Assembly (NCBI GenBank): GCA_048384935.1
Contig: DBEWII010000100.1
Location: 858 to 64,857 of the forward strand
DNA: 64,000 bases
Direction: 5' to 3'
DNA from: Collinsella aerofaciens
Lineage (GTDB): Bacteria > Actinomycetota > Coriobacteriia > Coriobacteriales > Coriobacteriaceae
This document shows positions 9,640-18,782 of this stretch, in pieces (within the stretch, counting starts at the first letter, position 1; every line of letters begins with the position of its first letter). Made by a program: the position numbers and the translations under genes. Under the pieces are notes generated by a model. The model had not been told where the DNA came from and did no database searches. It saw nothing but the letters and a program-made list of their open reading frames with translations.

Positions 9640-10353
9640 TTAGCCTCCGAGGTAGGCTTTGCGGACGTTATCGTCATGCAGGAGCTCTTGGCCGGTACCG
9701 GTCATGGTGATCTTGCCGGTCTCGAGCACGTAGCCGCGCGTAGCAATCGAAAGCGCCATCTGCGCGTTCTGCTCGACCAAGAGCACCGTGGTACCGGCCT
9801 TGTGCAGGTCCTCGACGATCTGGAAGATCTGCTCAATCAGAATCGGCGCCAGACCCATGGAAGGCTCATCGAGCATGAGCAGCTTGGGGTTGCTCATAAG
9901 GGCGCGCCCCATAACGAGCATCTGCTGTTCGCCGCCCGAAAGGGTGCCGGCGACCTGGCGACGGCGCTCCTTAAGGCGCGGGAACTGCTCGTAGACGCGC
10001 TCAAGGCCCGGAGCCACCGTGGACTTGGGCTGCGTGTAGGCGCCCATCTCCAGGTTCTCCTCGACCGTCATCTGCAAAAAGGCGCGACGGCCCTCGGGAA
10101 CCTGGGCCAGGCCCTTGCCCACCAGTTTATCGGCAGGCGTATGGGTAATGTCCTCGCCCATAAACTTGATGGAGCCGGTCTTGGAACGCAGCAGGCCCGA
10201 GATGGTTTTAAGCGTCGTGGACTTACCGGCGCCGTTCGCGCCGATCAGGGCCACGATCTCGCCCTCGTTGACGTTAAAGGAGATGTCCTTGATGGCGTGG
10301 ATAGCGCCGTACCAGACGTTGATGTTGTAGACGGAAAGCATCGGCTCTACCAT
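9640..10353 (-). CDS. livF: branched-chain amino acid ABC transporter, ATP-binding protein
   Basis: Walker A GANGAGKST, signature LSGGEQQML, Walker B LLMLDEPSMGLAP. Adjacent to livG. Confidence 0.9.
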   Translation of the reverse strand: MVEPMLSVYNINVWYGAIHAIKDISFNVNEGEIVALIGANGAGKSTTLKTISGLLRSKTGSIKFMGEDITHTPADKLVGKGLAQVPEGRRAFLQMTVEENLEMGAYTQPKSTVAPGLERVYEQFPRLKERRRQVAGTLSGGEQQMLVMGRALMSNPKLLMLDEPSMGLAPILIEQIFQIVEDLHKAGTTVLLVEQNAQMALSIATRGYVLETGKITMTGTGQELLHDDNVRKAYLGG

Positions 10354-11214
10354 TTAGTTCTCCCCCTTATCCTGCTTGCCCAGATATGCCTCGATAACGG
10401 CGTCGTTGTTCTGGATTTCCTCTGCCGTGCCCTTGGCGATGACCTTACCAAAGTTGAGCACGCAGATGCCCTCGCAGATGTTCATAACGAGCGACATGTC
10501 GTGCTCGATAAGCATGATGGCGATGCCGAAGGTGTCGCGGATCTTGACGATGTTCTCCATGAGCTCCGCGGTCTCGGACGGGTTCATGCCGGCGGCAGGC
10601 TCGTCGAGCAGCAGCAGTTTGGGGTTGGTGGCAAGCGCGCGGACGATCTCCAGACGACGCTGGGCGCCGTAAGGCAGCGAGCCGGCCTGCTCGTTTGCCA
10701 GGTGCTCCATATCAAAGATGGACAGCAGCTCCATGGCGCGCTCGTGGGCGGCCTTCTCGTGCTTCCAGTACGTCGGCAGACGCAGCACGCCCTCAAAACC
10801 AGAGTAGCGCTCCTGGTTGTGCAGGCCGACCTTAACGTTGTCCTCCACCGTCATGGTGTTGAACAGGCGAATGTTCTGGAACGTACGGGCGATACCCATA
10901 CGGTTGACCTGGTAGACGGACTTGCCCGAGGTGTCCTCGCCGTCGAGCAGGATAGTACCGTGCGTGGGCTGGTACACCTTGGTGAGCAGGTTGAAGACCG
11001 TGGTCTTACCGGCACCGTTGGGACCGATCAGACCGGCGATCTCGGTCTTACCGATGGTCAGGCTAAAGTCGTCGACTGCCTTAAGGCCGCCAAATTCAAT
11101 GCCCAAGTGGATGCACTCGAGCGCCGGGCGCTGGCCCAGGTCGCGGTCGGGAACGATGGCGCCAGAAGGATACGGGACCATCTTGCCCTTGTTGAACTCA
11201 AACTTACTGGGCAT
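10354..11214 (-). CDS. livG: branched-chain amino acid ABC transporter, ATP-binding protein
   Basis: Walker A GPNGAGKTT, LPYGAQRRLEIVRAL, Walker B LLLLDEPAAGMNP. I prefer the ATG at 11212-11214 rc, preceded by AAGGAGGTG. Confidence 0.9.
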   Translation of the reverse strand: MPSKFEFNKGKMVPYPSGAIVPDRDLGQRPALECIHLGIEFGGLKAVDDFSLTIGKTEIAGLIGPNGAGKTTVFNLLTKVYQPTHGTILLDGEDTSGKSVYQVNRMGIARTFQNIRLFNTMTVEDNVKVGLHNQERYSGFEGVLRLPTYWKHEKAAHERAMELLSIFDMEHLANEQAGSLPYGAQRRLEIVRALATNPKLLLLDEPAAGMNPSETAELMENIVKIRDTFGIAIMLIEHDMSLVMNICEGICVLNFGKVIAKGTAEEIQNNDAVIEAYLGKQDKGEN

Positions 11215-12292
11215 CGGCTGCCACCTCCTTCTTGGGAGCAAAGCGATCCTTAATGCGTGCGAAGAACGCCTTGAGCTGCGGGTTGTTGGTAAAGATCATG
11301 ACCAGGATCAGCACGATGGCGTAGATGAGCATGCGGTAGTCCGAGAACTGACGGAGCAGCTCGGGAAGCACCGTGAGCAACGCCGCCGCGATGACGGAGC
11401 CGCGCATATTGCCCAGACCACCCAGGACCACGAACACCAGGATGAGGATGGACGTGTTGAAGTCGAACTTGGTGGCGGAGAGCTGCGAGAAGTTACCGCC
11501 GAAGAGGGCTCCGGCAGCACCGGCGAGAGCGGCGGAAACCACGAAGGCGATCATGCGGTACTGGGTGACGGAGATACCCACGGACTCGGCAGCGATCTTG
11601 TTGTCGCGCACGGCCATAATGGCACGGCCGGTACGGCTGCGAACCAGGTTGAGTACAATCACGAGCGCGACCATGACCAGGATGGCGCCGGCAAGGAAAG
11701 TCGAATAGGTCGACACGCCCGATGCGCCCTGCGCGCCCTTGATGATGGCGGTGCCGTCCTCGAGCAGGTGCAGGTCGTCGATCGTGGAGTTACCCGTGAT
11801 GTTAAAGATCACATGCAGGCCGCGGGAGTCGACGCCCACGATAAGGCAGGTGACGATCTCTTTGATGATCTCGCCAAAAGCCAGGGTCACGATGGCCAGA
11901 TAGTCGCCGCTCAGGCGCAGGACCGGGATGCCGATCAAGAAGCCCAGGATGGCGGCAGCGATGGCGCCGACCACGATACTGATGATAAGGCGCACCGGAT
12001 CGGAGGGAACGGCGCTCTCGAGGGCGACCGCGGTAACGATGCCCGTATAGGCGCCGACGCTCATAAAGCCCGCGTGGCCCAGCGACAAGTCGCCCGCGAT
12101 GCCGACGACGAGGTTAAGGGAGATGGCCATGACGATATAGGCCGTGATGGGAACCAGCTGACCGGCGATCATGCGCGGAATCATATGGTTGGACTGCATA
12201 AAGAACACGATGGCGAAGGCCACGATGCACATGGCGTACGTGACAAAGTCGTGACGCGTCTGTTTGTCTTTAAGAAACTTCATAACGCTCAC
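11204..12292 (-). CDS. livM: branched-chain amino acid ABC transporter permease
   Basis: 362-aa polytopic permease sitting between livH and livG. The start could be GTG at 12292 or ATG at 12283. Confidence 0.85.
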   Translation of the reverse strand: MSVMKFLKDKQTRHDFVTYAMCIVAFAIVFFMQSNHMIPRMIAGQLVPITAYIVMAISLNLVVGIAGDLSLGHAGFMSVGAYTGIVTAVALESAVPSDPVRLIISIVVGAIAAAILGFLIGIPVLRLSGDYLAIVTLAFGEIIKEIVTCLIVGVDSRGLHVIFNITGNSTIDDLHLLEDGTAIIKGAQGASGVSTYSTFLAGAILVMVALVIVLNLVRSRTGRAIMAVRDNKIAAESVGISVTQYRMIAFVVSAALAGAAGALFGGNFSQLSATKFDFNTSILILVFVVLGGLGNMRGSVIAAALLTVLPELLRQFSDYRMLIYAIVLILVMIFTNNPQLKAFFARIKDRFAPKKEVAADAQ

Positions 12293-13174
12293 CTACACCT
12301 TCTCGGGGACGTACTTGCCCAAGAGGCCGGCAGGCTTGACGAGCAGGACGATGATCAGAACGCCAAAGACGATGGAGTTGGCAAGGCTCGTGGAAATGTA
12401 TGCCTGCGCCATCGCTTCGATGATGCCGATGAGAATGCCACCGACAAAGGCGCCGGGGATGGAGCCGATACCGCCGAAGACGGCGGCGTCGAAGGCCTTG
12501 ATGCCAGGCATGGCGCCCGTGGTGGGCTGCAGGACCGGCGAGTAGGAGCACAGGAGCACACCGGCGATGGCGGCAAGGGCAGAGCCGATGGCAAACGTCA
12601 TCGAGATGGTGCGGTTGACGTTGATGCCCATGAGCTGAGCGGCGGCTTTGTCCTCGGACACGGCGCGCATGGCTTTGCCCATCTTGGTCTTACCTGTAAA
12701 GAACATCAGGCCGGCCATGATAACCAGGCAGGCGACGATGGTGACGAGCGAAACGGCGCTTACATTGAACTTGGCCAAGAACTCCGGCACCTGGAAGGTG
12801 ACGAGCGAAGTGAAGTTCTTGGGCGTGGCGCCCCACAGAAGCTGCGCGGCGTTCTGCAGGAAGTAAGACACGCCGATGGCCGTGATCAGAACGGCCAGCG
12901 GGCCCGCCTGACGCAGCGGCTTGTATGCCAGACCCTCGATGAGAACACCGAGAACGGTACAGACCACACAAGAGAGAATTACAGATGCCCAGCCCGGGAG
13001 GCCGAGATACGACGTGGCGCAGAACGAGACATAGGCACCGACCATGATAACGTCGCCGTGAGCGAAGTTCAGCATCTTGGCGATGCCATAGACCATGGTG
13101 TAGCCCAACGCGATGATGGCGTAGACGCTGCCCATGGACAGGCCGTTGACCAGGTATTGGATAAAGACCGTCAT
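12293..13174 (-). CDS. livH: branched-chain amino acid ABC transporter permease
   Basis: N-terminus MTVFIQYLVNGLSMGSVYAIIALGYTMVYG is the canonical LivH start. GGGGG lies 9 nt upstream of the ATG at 13172-13174 rc. The longer ORF-track start at 13267 is rejected. Confidence 0.85.
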   Translation of the reverse strand: MTVFIQYLVNGLSMGSVYAIIALGYTMVYGIAKMLNFAHGDVIMVGAYVSFCATSYLGLPGWASVILSCVVCTVLGVLIEGLAYKPLRQAGPLAVLITAIGVSYFLQNAAQLLWGATPKNFTSLVTFQVPEFLAKFNVSAVSLVTIVACLVIMAGLMFFTGKTKMGKAMRAVSEDKAAAQLMGINVNRTISMTFAIGSALAAIAGVLLCSYSPVLQPTTGAMPGIKAFDAAVFGGIGSIPGAFVGGILIGIIEAMAQAYISTSLANSIVFGVLIIVLLVKPAGLLGKYVPEKV

Positions 13175-13313
13175 GTTCCACATCCCCCTTTCGAATAGGT
13201 TTCCAGTTAATGTATGAAACAGGGACGTTACACTGTCCCTAGATACCAAGCAAGCAGGGAAGGCCAAAACCTCCCCTGCTTGGGATCAAAACCGCTCTAT
13301 GTAAGGCGGCTTA

Positions 13314-14501
13314 TTAGGCCTGTACGTACTTGCCGTCGGTGATGACGTACGCCGTGGGCTCCTTCTGGACCTGGCCCTTATCGTTCCAGGTGAGCTTGCC
13401 GGTCAGACCGTCAACGGTAATCTTGAGCATAGCCTTAGGCAGCTTCTCGGCGACCTCGGTCGGGTCGGCGTCGACACCAAGACCGGCCTCCTCGAGGGCC
13501 TCGGCCACCGCGTGCACGCCGTCGTAAGCGTCGGCGGCAAACTGGTCCGGAGTCTCGCCATACTTATCCTTGTAAGCGTTGACGAAGTCGGCGTTCTTCT
13601 CGTCGTCGGCGGAGAACGGGGTCATGAGCAGCAGACCCTCGGCAAGAGAGGTGTCGAAGCCCTCAACGCCCAGGATGCCGTCCATGCCGTCGCAGCCCAT
13701 CATCTTGACGTCGTAGCCCATGTCCTTGGCGTTCTTGAGCAGGACGGACGCCGGCGTGTAGTAGATCGGCGCAAAGATCATGGTAGCGCCGGCCTGCTTG
13801 GCCTTGGTGAGCTGGTTGGTAAAGCTCGTGGCGGAGTCGTCCTTAAAGGTCTCCTCGTCAACAATCTCGAGCTTGGATTTAGCGGCCTGAACCTTAAAGG
13901 AATCTGCGATGCCCGAAGAATAAGCGTCGCCGGAGTTATAGAACAGCACGAACTTCTCGTCCGCATACTTCTGCGCCAGGAACTTGGCAGCGTTGACGCC
14001 CTGGTTGGGATCGGTAAAGCAAACCTGGAAGACGCAATCCTTGCCCTTGGTGACGTCCTCGGAGGACGCGGACGGAGTGATCATGAACGTCTCGGGGTCG
14101 TTACCGCACTCGGCGGCAACGGCAACCGACGCGCCCGTGGTGGTCGGGCCGACGAGGGCCTGCATGCCCCAGTCGAGCAGGGTGTTAAAGGCGTTGACGG
14201 CCTTCTCGCCGTCGGCCTGGTCATCCTCGGCCTTGCTGGCAAGCGGCAGCTCCTTGGTCGAGAAATCCTTGCAGCCAAGCTCGACACCCTGGGTAACGGA
14301 CTTGCCGTAGGACGCGTTGGCGCCGGTCAGCGGTCCGATGGTGCCGATCTTAAACGAAGCGTCGCCCGAAGCGGAACCGCTGTCGCCGCCGTTGGAGGAG
14401 CAGCCAGCTAGAATGGACATCGCCCCCAGACCTGCTGCGCTCGCGATAACGCTCCTGCGATTCATAACAGGGTTCAATGACTTACCGGTGAGGCTCGACA
14501 T
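13314..14501 (-). CDS. ABC transporter substrate-binding lipoprotein (LivJ/K-like), paralog 1
   Basis: Signal peptide with lipobox LAGC followed by a type I periplasmic-binding-protein fold pattern. First gene of the liv operon. Confidence 0.85.
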   Translation of the reverse strand: MSSLTGKSLNPVMNRRSVIASAAGLGAMSILAGCSSNGGDSGSASGDASFKIGTIGPLTGANASYGKSVTQGVELGCKDFSTKELPLASKAEDDQADGEKAVNAFNTLLDWGMQALVGPTTTGASVAVAAECGNDPETFMITPSASSEDVTKGKDCVFQVCFTDPNQGVNAAKFLAQKYADEKFVLFYNSGDAYSSGIADSFKVQAAKSKLEIVDEETFKDDSATSFTNQLTKAKQAGATMIFAPIYYTPASVLLKNAKDMGYDVKMMGCDGMDGILGVEGFDTSLAEGLLLMTPFSADDEKNADFVNAYKDKYGETPDQFAADAYDGVHAVAEALEEAGLGVDADPTEVAEKLPKAMLKITVDGLTGKLTWNDKGQVQKEPTAYVITDGKYVQA

Positions 14502-14772
14502 GCGGCTCTCCTCTCAAATCTCGTCGGGTTTCGGTTACCCAACAGGCCATCCTTCGCCGTGTTTGGCGTTCGCAAAATAGTAGACGCTTTAGTTGAGAAA
14601 AGTGGCGATTATTTCAACTATTCTTTTGTTTTGTCCGTATATCCATAATTATGCGTATTTCTATTGGTTTATGCAGTTTAGCCACTTTATTGTGTGAAAG
14701 TAATGTTTCCATTCTGTTACAAGCTTCCCTGTCCTGATTAAAACGGCCTCACCGGTAGCGCTTTATACGCAC
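14502..14772 (-). promoter_or_regulatory. AT-rich intergenic region, probable promoter/operator of the liv operon
   Basis: Conspicuously AT-rich stretch in a GC-rich genome. Contains the palindrome TAGTTGAGAAA-N11-TTTCAACTA near 14591-14621 and a GAGAGGAG RBS before the ATG at 14501. No convincing -35/-10 pair could be fixed by eye. Confidence 0.4.
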
Positions 14773-15939
14773 TTAGGCGGCGATGTACTTGCCGTCCTGG
14801 ATCACATAGGCTGTAGCGGGCTTCTCGACTTGGCCCTCGTCGTTCCACGTGAGCTCGCCCGTCAGGCCCTCGATCTTGATCTTGCGCATGGCCTTGGCAA
14901 GATCGCCGGCAATGTCGGCGCCGTCGGCCGTATTATCGATGTCTGCCTTATCGATAGCCTCGACAATCGCATGGACGCAGTCATAGGCATCGGCGGCAAA
15001 CTGGTTGGGCGTCTCGTCGTAGGCGTCCTTATATGCCTTGACGAAGTCGGCGTTCTTCTCATCGTCGGCAGAGAACGGGGTCATGAGCAGCACGCCCTCG
15101 GCAAGGGAGGTGTCGAAGCCCTCAACGGAGAGCAGGCCGTCCATGCCGTCGGTACCCATGAGGGTCATGTCGTATCCCATGTCCTTGGCGTTCTTGAGCA
15201 AAACGGACGCCGGCGTGTAGTAGATCGGCGCAAAGATGAGCGTGGCGCCGGCCTCCTTGGCCTTGGTGAGCTGGTTGGTAAAGCTCGTGGAGGAGTCGTC
15301 CTTAAAGGTCTCGGTATCGACGATATCAAGTTTGGACTCCTTGGCCTGCTCGGCAAAGGCATCGGCAACACCCGAGCTGTACGTATCGCCGGAGTTGTAG
15401 AACAGGGCGATCTTGGCGTCTGCATACTTCTCGGCCAAAAACTTGGCAGCACTCGCGCCCATGGTGGGGTCGGTAAAGCAAACCTGGAAAACCGTGGTCT
15501 TGTCCTTGGTGACGTCGAGGGACGAAGCAGAGGGCGTGACCATGAGCATATCGTCGGCGATCTCGCCCGAGACAGCGACGGCGGCACCAGTCGTGACGGG
15601 GCCGACGAGAGCCTGCATGCCCCAGTCGCACAGGGTATTGAAGGCGTTGATAGCCTTCTCGCCGTCGGCGACGTCATCCTCGGACTTAAGCGAGAGTTTG
15701 AGGTCCTTGGTCGAGAAATCCTTGGCGGCAAGCTTGGCACCCTTCTCGGCCGAAACGCCATAGGTTGCCGCGGCGCCGGTCAGAGGGCCGATGACACCGA
15801 TCTTGAAGGTCTTGCCGTCATCGGCGGTGCCGCCGTCCGAGCCACCCGACGAGCAACCAGCGAGTGCGGCGGTGCTGCCGAGCGCCGCAGCGCCGGCGAG
15901 AAAGTTCCTACGGCTGAGCGTGCTGTTGATGTTGAACAT
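14773..15939 (-). CDS. ABC transporter substrate-binding lipoprotein (LivJ/K-like), paralog 2
   Basis: Tat-like RRNFL motif plus lipobox LAGC. Long identical blocks with paralog 1 (e.g. FAPIYYTPASVLLKNAKDMGYD, LLMTPFSADDEKNADFV). Confidence 0.85.
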   Translation of the reverse strand: MFNINSTLSRRNFLAGAAALGSTAALAGCSSGGSDGGTADDGKTFKIGVIGPLTGAAATYGVSAEKGAKLAAKDFSTKDLKLSLKSEDDVADGEKAINAFNTLCDWGMQALVGPVTTGAAVAVSGEIADDMLMVTPSASSLDVTKDKTTVFQVCFTDPTMGASAAKFLAEKYADAKIALFYNSGDTYSSGVADAFAEQAKESKLDIVDTETFKDDSSTSFTNQLTKAKEAGATLIFAPIYYTPASVLLKNAKDMGYDMTLMGTDGMDGLLSVEGFDTSLAEGVLLMTPFSADDEKNADFVKAYKDAYDETPNQFAADAYDCVHAIVEAIDKADIDNTADGADIAGDLAKAMRKIKIEGLTGELTWNDEGQVEKPATAYVIQDGKYIAA

Positions 15940-16190
15940 GGTGTCCCCCTTTTTCGCTGGCCGCGGTGCGGCCGTCTTGCGGTACAGGGCAAACCTTATG
16001 GCGCAAACGTTGACAGTTTGTTACGGAAGTCCGTTTGTAGCGAGCGTGTTTCCAATGTTTCCGCAGCGTTTCGGGGGTGCCGTTTTGTGCGGCTCCTGTT
16101 GCCTGGCGAGCACGCGCCCCCGGTTCACGCTAGAATGCACTCAACCTTTAAGCGGTTTATCCATCCATAAGATGCACGAAGGAGTTATCT

Positions 16191-17534
16191 ATGAGCGAAC
16201 CCCTGCGCACCGTGAACGTCGGTCTGATCGGTCTGGGAACCGTCGGCGGCGGCGTGGCCCGTCTGATCAAGAGCCACCACGATGAGTACCTGGCAGCCTA
16301 CGGCATCGACCTTAAGCTGACCCGCGCCTGCGCGCTTGCTTGGGAGCAGGCCGAGGCGGCAGGCATTGAGCGCGAGGCCTTTACGAGCGACTGGCACGAT
16401 GTCGTCACCGACCCCGCCGTCGACATCGTCGTCGAGCTGATTGGTGGCGAGCATCCCGCAACCGAGATCTTCACCACTGCCTTCGAGAACGGCAAGCATG
16501 TCGTCTCCGCCAACAAGGCCCTGCTGGGCCGCCATGTCGAGACGCTTGCCGAGAAGGCGCGTGCGTGCGGCGTGCAGATTAAGTGCGAGGCCAGCTGCGG
16601 TGGCGGCATCCCCATTGTCAGCACACTCGAGCACGACCTGGTGGGTAACAAGATCCTGACCATCGCCGGCATCCTCAACGGCACCACCAACTACATCCTG
16701 TCGCGCATGGACGCCGAGGGCGCCGATTACGCTGACGTGCTCGCCGACGCACAGGCTAAGGGCTATGCCGAGGCCGACCCGTCCGCCGACGTCGACGGCT
16801 TCGATGCCGCCAGCAAGACGGCCATCCTCGCCTCCATCGGCTTTGGCACCCGCGTTACCACCGATGATGTGTACCAGCAGGGTATCCGCACCATCGGCGC
16901 CGAGGACATCGCCCAGGCCCGCGAGCTCGGCTACACCATCAAACTGCTCGGCATCGCCCGCAACACCGACGCTGGCGTCGACGTTCGCGTGCATCCCACG
17001 CTGATCCCCGCAGACCATATGCTCGCCAAGGTCAACGGCGCCATGAACGCCGTCTACGTGGTAGGCGACGCCGTGGGCGAGACCATGTTCTACGGCGCGG
17101 GCGCAGGCTCCTTCCCCACCGCGAGCGCCGTCGTGGGCGATATCCTGTCGCTCTCCGAGCAGATCAGCCGCGGCGTGGCTCCGCTGCCCGAGATTGAGCC
17201 CTATGGCCACAACCTCACCTTTAAGCCCATGGACGAGCTCCAGACCAAGTACTATGTGCGCCTGAAAGTCGCCGACCGCGTGGGCGCCCTGTCCGAGACG
17301 GTCGACATCTTTGCCAAGCACAACATCTCGATCTCGCTCATCAACCAGGTCGAGGACGGCAAATCGGGCGTCAGCGATGCCTGCTCGGTCATCTTCCTGA
17401 CGCACCGCGCGCTCGAGAAGGACGTCCAGGCTGCCGCCGCCGAGCTTGCCAGCGTCGGCTGCGTGGCCGAGGTCGCCAACGTCCTGCGCATCGAGGACGT
17501 TGAGGCTTGGACCGAAGGCGTCATGGCGAACTAG
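16191..17534 (+). CDS. hom: homoserine dehydrogenase
   Basis: N-terminal NAD fold VGLIGLGTVGGGV, a central homoserine-dehydrogenase catalytic region, and a C-terminal ACT domain (YYVRLKVADRVGALSETVDIFAKHNISI). GGAG RBS upstream. Confidence 0.9.
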   Translation: MSEPLRTVNVGLIGLGTVGGGVARLIKSHHDEYLAAYGIDLKLTRACALAWEQAEAAGIEREAFTSDWHDVVTDPAVDIVVELIGGEHPATEIFTTAFENGKHVVSANKALLGRHVETLAEKARACGVQIKCEASCGGGIPIVSTLEHDLVGNKILTIAGILNGTTNYILSRMDAEGADYADVLADAQAKGYAEADPSADVDGFDAASKTAILASIGFGTRVTTDDVYQQGIRTIGAEDIAQARELGYTIKLLGIARNTDAGVDVRVHPTLIPADHMLAKVNGAMNAVYVVGDAVGETMFYGAGAGSFPTASAVVGDILSLSEQISRGVAPLPEIEPYGHNLTFKPMDELQTKYYVRLKVADRVGALSETVDIFAKHNISISLINQVEDGKSGVSDACSVIFLTHRALEKDVQAAAAELASVGCVAEVANVLRIEDVEAWTEGVMAN

Positions 17535-17565
17535 CCCAACGCTCGCCTAGCAATACGCGCCTTGA

Positions 17566-17600
17566 GGGCTCCCGTCCGATGTGGGACGGGAGCCCTTTTG
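17566..17600 (+). terminator. intrinsic terminator after hom
   Basis: GGGCTCCCGTCC / GGACGGGAGCCC perfect 12-bp stem with a 6-nt loop, followed by TTTTG. Confidence 0.8.
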
Positions 17601-17748
17601 TCACCTGCCCTAAGCACAACGGCAAAGCATATTTGCGCGAGCCGCTCATCGGTAACGCGGGCTACCGTTCACCGATATGCAAACGCGGCCGATTCCGACT
17701 ACCGCTACGCTGTGCTGCGAATGTCCGCCCGCGATGAGAGGAAGCACC

Positions 17749-18498
17749 ATGTTGCTCGAGGGCAAGAAAGCAATCATCACCGGAGGCACACGCGGTATCG
17801 GCTATGCCATCGCCTGCCGTTTTATCGAGGAAGGCGCTGCCGTCACCGTCTTTGGCTCGCGCCAGGAGACTGCCGACACGGCCGTTGAGAAGCTGACAGC
17901 CGCCTATCCCGACGCCAAGGTCTGGGGTCGCTCCTGCGATCTCACCTCGCTCGAGGCCGTGACTGAGGCCTTTACGCAGACTGCAGCCGACATGGGCGGC
18001 TTGGACACGGTCGTCAACAATGCCGGTATCTCCCAGCGTTCACCCCTCTTGGACTACACGGCCGAGGAGTTCGCCAAAGTTATGGACCTCAACGTCGTCG
18101 CCGTCTTTAATGGCCACCAGGCTGCCGCCAAGATCATGACCGAGGCCGGCCACGGCGGCACCATCACTACCACAAGCTCGATGGTCGCCAAGTACGGCCA
18201 GCCCTCCGGCGTCGGTTACCCCACGTCCAAGTTTGCCGTCAACGGTATGGTCCAGTCGCTCTCGCGCGAGCTCGCTCCCATGGGCATCCGCGTCAACGCC
18301 GTCGCCCCCGGCGTGACTAAGACCGACATGGTCGCCAACCTACCCGAAGAGGTCATCAAGCCCATCATCGCCACCATTCCGCTGGGTCGCATGGGCGAGC
18401 CCGAGGATGTCGCCAACGCCTTTGTTTTCCTGGCGAGCGACATGTCCTCCTATGTCACGGGCGCCGTGCTCCCCGTCGACGGAGCCGCCCGCTCCTAA
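17749..18498 (+). CDS. SDR-family oxidoreductase (FabG-like)
   Basis: TGGTRGIGYA cofactor motif, NNAG, and catalytic YPTSK. I prefer the start at MLLEGKK (ATG 17749, GAGAGGAAG upstream) over 17677. Confidence 0.85.
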   Translation: MLLEGKKAIITGGTRGIGYAIACRFIEEGAAVTVFGSRQETADTAVEKLTAAYPDAKVWGRSCDLTSLEAVTEAFTQTAADMGGLDTVVNNAGISQRSPLLDYTAEEFAKVMDLNVVAVFNGHQAAAKIMTEAGHGGTITTTSSMVAKYGQPSGVGYPTSKFAVNGMVQSLSRELAPMGIRVNAVAPGVTKTDMVANLPEEVIKPIIATIPLGRMGEPEDVANAFVFLASDMSSYVTGAVLPVDGAARS

Positions 18499-18545
18499 GG
18501 AGCCACAAGCTTTGGCTTCAAGCTTCAACATAGCTCAACCAAAAA

Positions 18546-18585
18546 GGCGCGCCGTCTGAATCAACTGCAGACAGCGCGCCTTCTC
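18546..18585. terminator. bidirectional terminator hairpin between the SDR gene and the antiporter gene
   Basis: GGCGCGCCGTCTG / CAGACAGCGCGCC stem, with AAAAA upstream and TTCTCCTGTT downstream. Confidence 0.6.
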
Positions 18586-18596
18586 CTGTTATGAAA

Positions 18597-18782
18597 GGGA
18601 AACTATGTCCCAGTATTTCGGATCAGAACGGGGCACGGTTTCCCCCAGGACCTCCTTGCGGAAACTGCATCCCACTCTGAGCGCCCATTCCGGGACACAG
18701 CTTCCCAACGGCCCCCGTTTCGGAAACCACATCCCGTTCCGAGCCTTCAAAGCGGGACGCGGCTTCCCCGAGAAAGTATCGA
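18597..18782. repeat. three degenerate tandem copies of a 62-bp unit
   Basis: Units at 18597-18658, 18659-18720 and 18721-18782. Conserved blocks are GGAAAC..(A/G)T(C/G)TCCC....CGGG.CAC.G.TTCCC. My hand alignment gives roughly 60-75% identity over the first 48 nt. The array ends exactly at the antiporter stop codon. Confidence 0.65.

Noticed and set aside
9628-13198. Two very long plus-strand ORFs (9628-11253, 541 aa; 10922-13198, 758 aa) overlapping the liv operon.
   Set aside because: They are antisense shadow ORFs typical of high-GC DNA. Their composition is extreme in G/D/H/R/A and they have no recognisable motifs. The opposite strand encodes complete LivF/G/M/H proteins with canonical motifs.
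18597-18782. Possible CRISPR array, because of repeated about 60-bp periodicity.
   Set aside because: The units are contiguous with no unique spacers, are only about 60-75% identical to each other, and no cas genes are in the window.
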